Shown in pieces: positions 1-10,900 of a stretch of 64,000 bases of DNA. Both the position numbers and the translations under genes were made by a program. Location: the NCBI RefSeq assembly GCF_032444005.1, contig NC_091282.1, positions 802,838,001 to 802,902,000 of the forward strand, in the 5' to 3' direction. This DNA is from Ranitomeya imitator. Its lineage: Eukaryota. Positions within the stretch are counted from its first letter, which is position 1. Every line of letters starts with the position of its first letter. The notes under the pieces were generated by a model. The model saw only the letters and a program-made list of their open reading frames with translations, did no database searches and had not been told where the DNA came from.

Positions 1-107
1 TAAAGATTTGCAGCTGGGATATTTCATTCAGTGATATCTAGGATGTGGGATTTTTGTGTTCTCTTTTACTTTTTTGGGGTAGTGTATATACACTGTCTGA
101 TGTCTTA

Positions 108-830
108 AGGTGCCATCACACTGAGCAACTTTAGAACGATAACGATAGCGATCCGTGACGTTGCAGCGTCCTGGATAGCGATATCGTTATGTTTGACATG
201 CAGCAGCGATCAGGATCCTGCTGTGACATCGCTGGTCGGAGCTGAAAGTGTGGACCTTTATTTCATCGCTGGATCACCCGCTGACATCGCTGAATCGGCG
301 TGTGTGACGCCGATCCAGCAATGTGTTCACTTGTAACCAGGGTAAACATCGGGTTACTTAGCGCAGGGCTGCGCTTAGTAACCCAATGTTTACCCTGGTT
401 ACCATTGTAAATGTAAAAAAAAAAAAAAAACACTACATACTTACATTCCGGTGTCTGTCGCGTCCCCCGGCGTCAGCTTCCCTGCACTGTGTCAGCGCCG
501 GCCGGCCGTAAAGCAGAGCACAGCGGTGACGTCACCGCTCTGCTTTACAGCCGGTGCTTACACAGTGCAGGAAAGCTGAGGCCGGGGGACGCGACAGACA
601 CCGGAATGTAAGTAGTGGTTTTTTTTTTACATTTACCATGGTAACCTGGGTAAACATCGGGTTACTAAGCGCGTCCCTGCACTTAGTAACCCGATGTTTA
701 CCCTGGTTACCCGGAGACTTCGGCATCGTTGGTCGCTGGAGAGCTGTCTGTGTGACAGCTCTCCAGCGACGCTGCAGCGATCGGCATCGTTGTCTATATC
801 GCTGCAGCATTGCTTAATGTGACGGTACCT
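108..830. mobile_element. Non-autonomous fold-back DNA transposon (MITE) with PIF/Harbinger-type ends
   Basis: TTA|AGGTGCCATCACAC ... GTGACGGTACCT|TTA: terminal inverted repeats with a 3-bp TTA duplication (105-107, 831-833). The whole element is a nested inverted repeat centred on AGCGGTGACGTCACCGCT (about 522-539). Superfamily inferred from the TWA duplication. Confidence 0.8.
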
Positions 831-921
831 TTACTCTCTCCATGGAGATATCTATCAGTTGGAGAGCACATATTTAGAAAAAGACCATGACCAAGTGCGA
901 CGACACAGCATGTTATCTTAA

Positions 922-2205
922 CCCCTTCATGACCAGGGGATTTTTCGTTTTTCCGTGTTCGTTTTTCGCTCCCCTCCTTCCCAGAGCCATAACTTTTTTA
1001 TTTTTCCGTCAATTTGGCCATGTGAGGGCTTATTTTTTGCGGAACGAGTTGTACTTTTGAACGACATCATTGGTTTTAGCATGTCGTGTACTAGAAAACG
1101 GGAAAAAAATTCCAAGTGCAGTGAAATTGCAAAAAAAGTGCAATCCCACATTGGTTTTTTGTTTGGCTTTTTTGCTAGGTTCACTAAATGCTAAAAATGA
1201 CCTGCCATTATGATTCTCCAGGTCATTACGAGTTCATAGACACCAAACATGACTAGGTTATTTTTTATGTAAGTGGTGAAAAAAAATTCCAAACTTTGCT
1301 AAAAAAAAAAAAAAAAAAAGTTGCGCCATTTTCCGATACTCGTAGCGTCTCCATTTTTCATCATCTGGGGTCGGTTGAGGGCTTATTTTTTGCGTGCCGA
1401 GATGACATTTTTAATGATAGCATTTCGGTGCAGATACGTTCTTTTGATCGCCCGTTATTGCATTTTAATGCAATGTCGCGGCGACCAAAAAAACGTAATT
1501 CTGGCGTTTCGAATTTTTTTCCCGCTACGCTGTTTAGCGATCACGTTAATACTTTTTTTTAATTGATAGATCGGGCGATTCTGAGCGCGGCGATACCAAA
1601 TATGCGTAGATTTGATATTTTTTTTATTGATTTATTTTGATTGGGGCGAAAGGGGGGTGATTTAAACTTTTATGTTTTTTTTATTTTTTTCACATTTTTT
1701 TAAACTTTTTTTTTAACTTTTGCCCTGCTTCAATAGCCTCCATGAGAGGCTAGAAGCAGGCATAGCACGATCGTCTCTGCTACATAGCAGCGATCTGCTG
1801 ATCGCTGCTATGTAGCAGAATTGCACGTGTGCTGTGAGCACCGACCACAGGGTGGCGCTCACAGCGACGGGCAATCAGTAACCATAGAGGTCTCAAGGAC
1901 CTCTATGGTTACCATTCACAAGCATCGCCGACCCCCGATCATGTGACGGGGGTCGGCGATGACGTCATTTCCGGCCGCCCGGCCGGAAGCGGTAGTTAAA
2001 TGCCACTGTCTGCGTTTGACAGCGGCATTTAACTAGTTAATAGGTGCGGGCAGATCGCGATTCTGCCCGCGCCTATTACGGGCACATGTCAGCTGTTCAA
2101 AACAGCTGACATGTCCCGGCTTTGGTGCGGGCTCACCGCGGAGCCCTGCATCAAAGCAGGGGAGCCGGCATCGGACGGTATAGTACGTCCGATGCCGGTA
2201 AGGGG
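922..2205. mobile_element. Non-autonomous piggyBac-type element
   Basis: TTAA|CCCCTT ... AAGGGG|TTAA (TTAA at 918-921 and 2206-2209); no transposase ORF. Confidence 0.8.
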
Positions 2206-3896
2206 TTAATCTATATGTTGACTTTTCAATTTGTGTTTTTTCCATCAATTGGTCAAGAGTCTGAGATGTTGACACCTCCTTCATGCAGGGTCATTGAACA
2301 ATTATGTTTGCTGATATGTTGATTACACATTCTCCAGGTCAGCCAGTTTGTTAACTTGCAAAGTAGAGGAGCAATAAAGACTATGCAAATTGATTAGATG
2401 GTCAAACAATGTGAGTCAATCTCATCACATCTTCTCCTTGACCAGTGAATAATGGCCCAGGACAAGAGTTAACTATAAAAAAAAGGTTACATGAGATGAG
2501 TCAGATATTCAGCAAAGACATCCTAAGAACCAGAGACCCTCTACAGGACAGCAGCCAAGACATCATTGCTCCATTACGAGGGACACAGATTTGTCATTCT
2601 ACAGGATGCCAGCTTAAGGGACCACAGCCCTGGCTGGAAGAATACAGATCTGCTCCACTGACCATTGCTGAACCATAGATACGTTTGTGAAAGCCAGGAA
2701 TCAGACCCACCAGTCACCTGGCTCCATAGAGATGTTTTTTTGTTTTTTTTTACTGAATCATATTTATTAAAAAAAAATTTCAGATTAAACAGATAAACAC
2801 AACAATTCTGCAAACAGAGCAGAGTAGAATAATAATAATAAAAAAGACAATCCAACGCAAGGGGGTAGGTACACATAGGTATGCAACTGTAGATTATTTA
2901 GATCGAAGGTCTAAACATTAACTAATCTACCAAAATACCGGTTCCTGAAAGTCAAAGCTCCATATAAACTAAACTAGAGATGTTTTGAGAAGCCAGGTTG
3001 TGACCCTCGGGTCAACTGCCCTTGTACCTGAATAGACTGTCATCCTCCTAAGCTTGCTGTTACCTCCTCTCTGTGTGCCCCAGGTGGGGTGGTCAACCCT
3101 GGGAGCTCTTAAGTAACAACTGCTCTTATCCCAGTGGGTCAGCGGAAGGGAGACTCTGTAATGTGCACAATTTGGGGTATTGTGCGGGACTGTTCTGTGT
3201 TGCCTGTTTTGTGGTTCAACAAAGTATTGCCAGTTTTACCCTTACCCTGTGTTGTTTGAGTAGCGTTATGCCCACATTAAAAGGATAGCGGGGGTTCGGT
3301 GGGATGCTCCCTGGTCCATGCGGTTTCGGCTACCGGACCAGGGCCCCCGCTGACAACCCCAGTGTCCAAGGTCTTGGAGTGGCCGAAACCTAGGCCTCTA
3401 CTGTACATAAGCGTTTTCTTGAAATGCAAATTAAGTGCCATGATTAGTTACTCTACAATTTATGATCTTCCTGCCACGCACCATCACATATTTACTTTGC
3501 GTGCTGACGATACTCCTGGTTCATTTGTAGACGTGATGTCACTGGTCTTACTCCTCTACCAATGTTGTGCAAGTGAGTAGAGCTGGATTTCAGTTTTAAG
3601 GGCATTCACGAATATTTAGGTTCAAAATGATGCAAAGTAAAGCAGCCAAGAGGAGTCTAGCAAGATCCACTAAACTTGTCACATGTAAATTCTATTTTAA
3701 ATACTGCAAAAACGAATTGTCCCCTTCCAAGAAATATTGGTCCTCAGGTGCAATTTGTTAAAAATGTTCATCAACGTTTTCTCTGCAGCTTCTGGTGTCT
3801 GGCAGTACACGCGCAGCTGACCTCATATTGGCAGCCAGTCAGTGAGCTCTGTGGCTCAGATTGGGGCACTCAGGCTACACTGGAAGAGCAGCCGAG

Positions 3897-4356
3897 TAGT
3901 GATAAGCGAGCACGCTCACGCGCTAATAGAGCATCTTCGGCACGCTCTAACACTATGCTTGAGTCGCCATAGCTGCCTGTGTCGAACAGCCACGAGACAT
4001 GCAGCCAAGTCAACTCAAATATAGAGCATCTTTGGCACGCTCTAATACTATAAAACAGCCGCGAGACATGCAACAGAGACTCAAACATAGGCCGGGGTCA
4101 CACTTGCAAGTGCAATGCGAGAAACTCGAATGAGTCTCTTACATCAATACCTGGCACTGCCGCTGGCACTCAGGACCAGAGTGTGCGGTTGCATGTATTT
4201 CTATGCAGCCACATGCTCCATTCCTGAGTGCTGGCGACCAGGTATTGATGCGAGAGACTCGTGCGAGTTTTTCGCATTGCACTTGCAAGTGTGACCCCAG
4301 AGCATCTTCGGCCTGCTCTAATACTATCAGCACTTGAGCATACTCGCTCATCAATA
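3897..4356. mobile_element. Degenerate hAT-like MITE carrying a nested MITE
   Basis: Ends TAGTGATAAGCGAG ... CTCGCTCATCAATA resemble the TAGTG(A/T)TGAGCG termini at 35462 and 41565; no clear target duplication. Confidence 0.5.
4090..4298. mobile_element. Harbinger-type MITE nested in the previous element
   Basis: GGGGTCACACTTGCAAGTGCAATGCGA ... TCGCATTGCACTTGCAAGTGTGACCCC inverted ends; shares the GG-N5-TCACAC terminal motif with other MITEs here. Confidence 0.7.
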
Positions 4357-4550
4357 CCGCTAAGTTAACTCCCCCCATGATGTCAGCAGTGGAGGCGACG
4401 CATCGGTGACTAAGGCGTATAGCACTGCTTGTTTTCTATGCACCCAGGGCCAATATTTCCTGAAGGAGAACAACCCCTGTAAATAATTAGGTCAGTAATA
4501 ATATTGCCACATTGTTACTTGTGCAGTCATCAGACATTTTCTCACACTTA

Positions 4551-4744
4551 GGCTGCCGTCACACTAGCAGTATTTGGTCAGTATTTTAGATCAGTATTTG
4601 TGAGTCAGAACCAGGAGTGGAACAAATAGAGGGAAAGTATAATAGAAACATATGCACCACTTCTGCATTTATCACCCACTCCTGGTTTTGGCTACAAATA
4701 CTGATGTAAAATACTGACCAAATACTGATATTGTGACCCCGGCC
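4551..4744. mobile_element. Harbinger-type MITE
   Basis: TTA|GGCTGCCGTCACACTAGCAGTATTTGGTCAGTATTT ... AAATACTGACCAAATACTGATATTGTGACCCCGGCC|TAA. Confidence 0.65.
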
Positions 4745-4906
4745 TAATACTTACTGTATATGGCTGATAGTGAAGAATAGATTTGTATGGTGTGAATGTT
4801 TAATTGCCTGATGTTGCACACTGATTTTTCCTGTAACTCACCTGTAGGAAGCAGCATCTTCTATCTCTACTTTTCTCCATACTAATTACTTATTTTATTT
4901 TTGCAG

Positions 4907-7900
4907 CTGTTATGGTGGTCTGGGACGTTCTTGTATTAGTAAGTGCTACTCCAGATGATGCGGTTTCACAAAATCACATCTTTTGTTTTGCATTTTCACA
5001 AACAGGTCTTCATCATGCACAGCTCAATAGTTGACTTCTGGATGTATCGACAGACACAGGCATTGTGGAGGGTTTTGCATAAAATCGGTGGTACATGGGA
5101 AAAGATGTAACTTTACTAAAAGAGGAGTAGAAGTTTAACCCCTTAGTGACGGAGCCAAATTTTTGAAATCTGACCAGTGTCACTTTATGTGGTAATAACT
5201 CTACAACGCTTCAACAAATCCCAGTGATTTTGAGACTGTTTTTTCATGACACATTATACTTTATGATGATGGTAAATTTAGGTCAATATGTTTTGTGTTT
5301 ATAAAAAATATAAAAAAAATTGAGAAAAATGATAAAAAATTAATCATTCAAATTTTGAAAATTGCTATCCCTTTAAATCCAGTTGATCATACCACAGCAA
5401 ACCATTAATAAATAACATTTCCCACATGTCGGCTTTACATCAGCATCATTTGTAAAATGTTATTTTATTTTGTTAGCATTTTAGGTTTAAAAATGTCGCA
5501 GCAATTTTTCATTTTTTCAAGCAAATTTACTAAATTTATTTTTTTTAGGGACTTATCCATGTTTGAAGTGACTTTAGGGGTCTCATATATTGGGAAACCC
5601 CCAAACGTGATACCATTTTAAAAACGCACCCAGTGACATATCGAAAACTGGTGTCAGGTAGTTTATTAACCCTTCAGGTGCTTTACAGGAATTAATGCAA
5701 AGTTGTATGACAGAAATGAAAATGTGTGTTTTTACCACCTAAATGCCGCTAACTTCTGAACAGATTTCTACAGCCGTCAGACTCTAAAGGTACCTTCACA
5801 GATAACGATATTGTTAACGATATCGTTGCTTTTTGTGACGTAGCAACGATATCGTTAATGAAATCGTTATGTGTGACAGCGACCAACGATCAGGCCCCTG
5901 CTGGGAGATCGTTGGTCGCTGAATAAAGTCCAGAACTTTGTTTCGTCGCTGGACTCCCTGGAGACATCGCTGGATCGGCGTGTGTGACACCAATCCAGCG
6001 ATGTCTTCACTGGTAACCAGGGTACACATCGGGTAACTAAGCGCAGGGCCGCGCTTAGTAACCCGATGTTTACCCTGGTTGCCATCCTAAAAGTAAAAAA
6101 AAACAAACAGTACATACTTACCTACCGCTGTCTGTCCCCGGCGCTGTGCTCTGCACTCCTCCTGTACTGGCTGTGAGCGTCGGTCAGCCGGAAAGCAGAG
6201 CGGTGACGTCACCGCTCTGCTTTCCGGCCGCTGTGCTCACAGACAGTACAGGAGGAGTGCAGAGCACAGCGCTGGAGGACAGACGGCTGTAGGTAAGTAT
6301 GTACTGTTTGTTTTTTTTTACTTTTAGGATGGTAACCAGGGTAAACATCGGGTTACTAAGCGCGGCCCTGCGCATAGTTACCCGATGTTTACTCTGGTTA
6401 CCGGCATCGTTGGTCGCTGGAGAGCAGTCTGTGTGACAGCTCTCCAGCGACCAAACAGCGACGCTGCAGCGATCCGGATCGTTGTCGGTATCGCTGCAGC
6501 GTCGCTTAATGTGAAGGGGCCTTAAGGCCACTATTTGGTCATCAATTGCCATGGCAAAAATCAGGACCACACAATCATGATCTGAGGGCACCGATTGGGA
6601 TAAAGAGGAAGCCCCCACACTCTGTTATCCATTTATAATGATGTAGTCACTATTGACAGCAGCATCTAAGGGGTTAAACAGATTTGGATGGTGCAAACAC
6701 GGATCGTGGCTGATACAGCGAGTTGTCAGCTATAGTGTACAGCCGACAGATGCTGGATTGTCACCTGTATGGGGAGGCTATTCTCTTATATCTCAGGTCA
6801 GTTAAAAGACGTATTAGCTGTTATTAAGGGGTTAACATGTCACTGCTGGTAGAGGGTAAATATCCAGAAACCTTTTCCCCAATAAATCTACCCAGACTAA
6901 TACAGTAACAGTAGATGGGGATGCAGCTGTGAGAAGCCCAGACTGAGCATCATATCATAAAGACACTGGTAGAACAGTGAGCATTCACCCTCTGCTATAG
7001 AAAAGCTGTGATCTGGTTTGTTTTCTTGCAGTCGCAGCATGTCGGTTTCTTCAGATGGATGAGAAAACGACACCAGAGGAAGCAATACATTTGGTTCGGG
7101 CTGCACGGGGTCCAGGAGCCATACAAACCATTAAGGTAAACCGATTCTTTGTTGCATTGCGCCATTGTTTTTCTTCATGTTAATATCCACTTTAGATCCA
7201 ACTTGCACATAATGTGTCAGTAAAATAAACCGTTCATGTTCACCATCTCAGTAGTATCATTTTGTCTTATTCCACCGTTTTCTGGGAGACATTCATCCCT
7301 TGAAGTTATACTAGAGGTGGCATCTCAATTACATGTTCTGAAGGCCTGTGTGAACGGAGCCTGAGGGTGCGTTCAAACGACCATACTTTACTTTCCATAT
7401 AGCCGGACCTGAAAGTGGTTATCTGGCCTGGACCTCACAGCTTCATAGTCAATAGTCATACACACGCAAGTGGGGGTGCACGCTAGCGTCCCAGAAGCAA
7501 AGCGTCACAGAAGATAAGCGTCGTGATACCGCAGTTATTCCATGGCAGTTAGTCAGGGCAGGAGTCAGGTAACCAACACTCTGCACTCCCCTCTATCCAT
7601 GTGCTTTATTCCTATCCTCCTATGTTCCCTTGCAATCCACATTCACCGCCCAATCCCCCCTCCATCACGACTCATATACATCAGCTCCTCTCTCGTTCCC
7701 TCTCCCATGTACAGCTCCCATGCACTTCTCACCTTCCTGAAAAACCTCAGTCCATCTTACCCAAACAGACTGCATAAAAAAACTTCATACAATCCCAAAA
7801 GCTACTTGCTTTTTATCTTCCTACTCCTGCTGATATCAGGAGACATCTCCCCAAACCCCGGTCCACCATCCACCAACCTCAACCCCTACCCTACCTCACA

Positions 7901-10900
7901 TCGAAACCTTAATAATCTTACTAATATTATTTGCACTCCTTCATCTCCTCCTTCTTTTAATTGTGCCCTTTGGAATCCACGGTCTGTATGTAACAAGCTT
8001 CCTTTCCTGCACAATTACTTTCTGAAAAACTCTCTGAATCTGCTGGCCCTCACGGAAACCTGGATTCAGGATTCTGACACTGTCTCTCCTGCTGCCATTA
8101 CCCATGGTGGCTTACAATTCTCCCATTCCCCGAGACCAACAAACAGACCTGGTGGTGGAGTTGGCATACTCCTGTCCCCACAATGCACTTTCCAGGTCAT
8201 CCCCTCAGTTCCATCACTCTCATTCCCTTCTTTTGAGGTCCACACAATCAGGCTCTTTCGTCCCCTCTCCCTCAGAGTAGCGGTCATATACCGGCCCCCA
8301 GGCTCACCCACCCGCTTCCTGGACCATTTCTCTGCCTGGCTGCCGCACTTCATGTCCTCAGAACTACCAACCCTTATCCTGGGAGACTTCAACATCCCCA
8401 TTAACAGCCCCACTTCCACATCTGCATCCCAGCTTCTGTCACTAACCACTTCTCTCGGCCTCTCACAGCTCTCAACCTCTGAAACACACAAAGACGGTAA
8501 CACCCTGGACCTGGTTTTTGCCCGGCTCTGCTCAATCTCCTACCTAGATAACTCACCACTTCCCCTCTCTGACCACAACATTCTCTCCTTCACACTCACA
8601 TATCCTCGCTCACCCCAGCACCCTCCTACACACCATCCAGTCAGAAATCTACAAGCCATTAACCCTCTTACACTTTCAGACTCCCTACGCTCATCATTGT
8701 CCCCAATCTCTTCCTTTTCCTGTCCTGATCTGGCTGTACATCACTTCAATGACACTCTTAGAAGCACCCTTGACCAAGTAGCTCCCCTCACCCTCAGAAC
8801 CTCCAAACACAGAATAAAACAGCCCTGGCTTACATCGCAAACCCGATTTCTCCAGCGATGCTCTAGGTGTGCTGAACGCTTATGGAGGAAAACACGCACA
8901 CCAGAAGACTTCATACACTTCAAATTTATGTTAAGGACCTATAACTTTGCGCTTCACTTCGCTAAACAGACCTACTTTACCACTCTGATCTCCTCACTAT
9001 CCAACAACCCCAAAAAACTTTTTGACACCTTTCACTCCCTCCTCAGGCCAAAAGCACAAGCCCCTATCACAGATATTTGTGCTGGTGACCTGGCCTCCCA
9101 CTTTATAGAGAAAATAGACAATATCCGTCAGGAAATCCGCTCCCAACAACTAAGTTCAGTGACTCCCATCCCTCCCCTCATTGCCCCTGGCTCACTCTCC
9201 ACATTCGATCCCATCACAGAAGAAGTCTCCAAGCTCCTCTCCTCTTCTGACTACATGCACTACCGACCCCATTCCCTCACATCTCCTCCAGTCTCTCTCT
9301 CCAGTTGTCACAAGTCACCTAACTACAATCTTTAATCTCTCCCTCTCCTCTGGCATTTTCCCCTCCTCCTTCAAACACTCTATCATTACTCCATTACTAA
9401 AGAAACCCACCCTCGACCCATCCTGCACAAACAACTACAGACCGGTCTCCAATCTCCCCTTCATCTCTAAACTCTTGGAGCGCCTGATATACTCCCGCCT
9501 TACCCGTTACCTCTCCACTCACTCCCTCCTAGACCCTTCACAGTCCGGTTTCCGCCCCCTACATTCAACAGAAACTGCACTCATCAAAGTGACCAATGAC
9601 CTTCTGACAGCAAAACGTAATGGTGACCACTCTCTGCTCATTCTTCTCGACCTTTCTGCAGCTTTTGACACTGTTGACCACCCTCTCCTTCTCTCTAGGC
9701 TCCAGTCACTAGGCATTAAGGACACTGCTCTCTCCTGGTTCTCCTCCTACCTTTCTGACCGCTCCTTCAGTGTTCTGTTCTCTGGCTCCTCTTCCTCTCA
9801 ATGTTGGGGTAACTCAGGGCTCAGTCCTTGGCCCCCTTCTGTTCTCTCTCTACACGGCCCCAATTGGACAGACCATCAGCAGATTTGGCTTTCAGTACCA
9901 TCTTTATGCCGACGACACACAACTATATACGTCATCCCCTGACCTTACCCCCGCTGTACTACAGAACGCCACTGACTGTCTGTCCGCAGTCTCCAACATC
10001 ATGTCCGCTCTCTATCTGAAACTCAACCTCTCCAAAACTGAACTTCTTCTGCTCTCACCATCTACTAACCTCCCTAAATCTGACATTTCCCTCTCCGTGG
10101 GTGGCACCATAACAACACCCCGGCAGCAGGCGCGCTGTCTGGGTGTTGTTTGACTCCGATCTCTCCTTCACCTCCCATATACAATCTCTTGCCCGTTCGT
10201 GCCGCTTACACCTAAAGAACATCTCTAGAATCCGCTCTTTTCTCACCATGGAGACAGCTAAAACCCTCACTGTCGCCCTGATCTACTCCCTCCTGGACTA
10301 CTGTAACGCTCTATTAATTGGCCTCCCCCTCACTCGACTTTCCCCTCTCCAGTCCATCCTTAATGCAGCAGCCAGGGTCGTCCATCTGGCTAATCGTTAC
10401 TCGGACGCGTCCGCTCTTCGCCAGTCATTACACTGGCTACCCATTCATTACAGGATACAATTCAAAGTACTTGTTCTCACCCACAAAGCTCTCCACAGTG
10501 CGGCACCCCCTTACATCTCCTCCCTCATTTCTGTCTATCAGCCTAACAGACCACTGCGCTCTGCAAATGACTTTCGATTAACCTCTGCACTAATCCGTAC
10601 CTCCCACTCCCGACTCCAAGACTTCTCCCGTACTGCGCCAATCCTCTGGAATGCTCTACCCCAAGATATTAGGACCATCCATAATTTGCATAGTTTTAGG
10701 CGCTCGCTCAAAACACATTTGTTCAGAGCGGCCTATCACGTTCACTAATCAAAGTTATGTTATGTTTGTGTGTGTGTAGCCCATTCACTATCCCCATCTA
10801 TCCCCCACCTCCTGAAGATGGCTGGACCATCATTGTAAATACATCATTGTAAATACACACCTGTACTTTGCATCTCCCCCTCCTCATTGTAGATTGTAAG

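Noticed and set aside
2740-2990. T-run plus AATAAA on minus resembling an L1 3' end
   Set aside because: No coding homology to confirm; could be any AT-rich sequence
2999-3355. TGT...ACA bounded, LTR-like segment
   Set aside because: No matching target duplication and no second copy in the window; too weak to call
8066-10270. Minus-strand ORFs opposite the L2 coding region
   Set aside because: Shadow frames caused by the C/T-skewed L2 sequence
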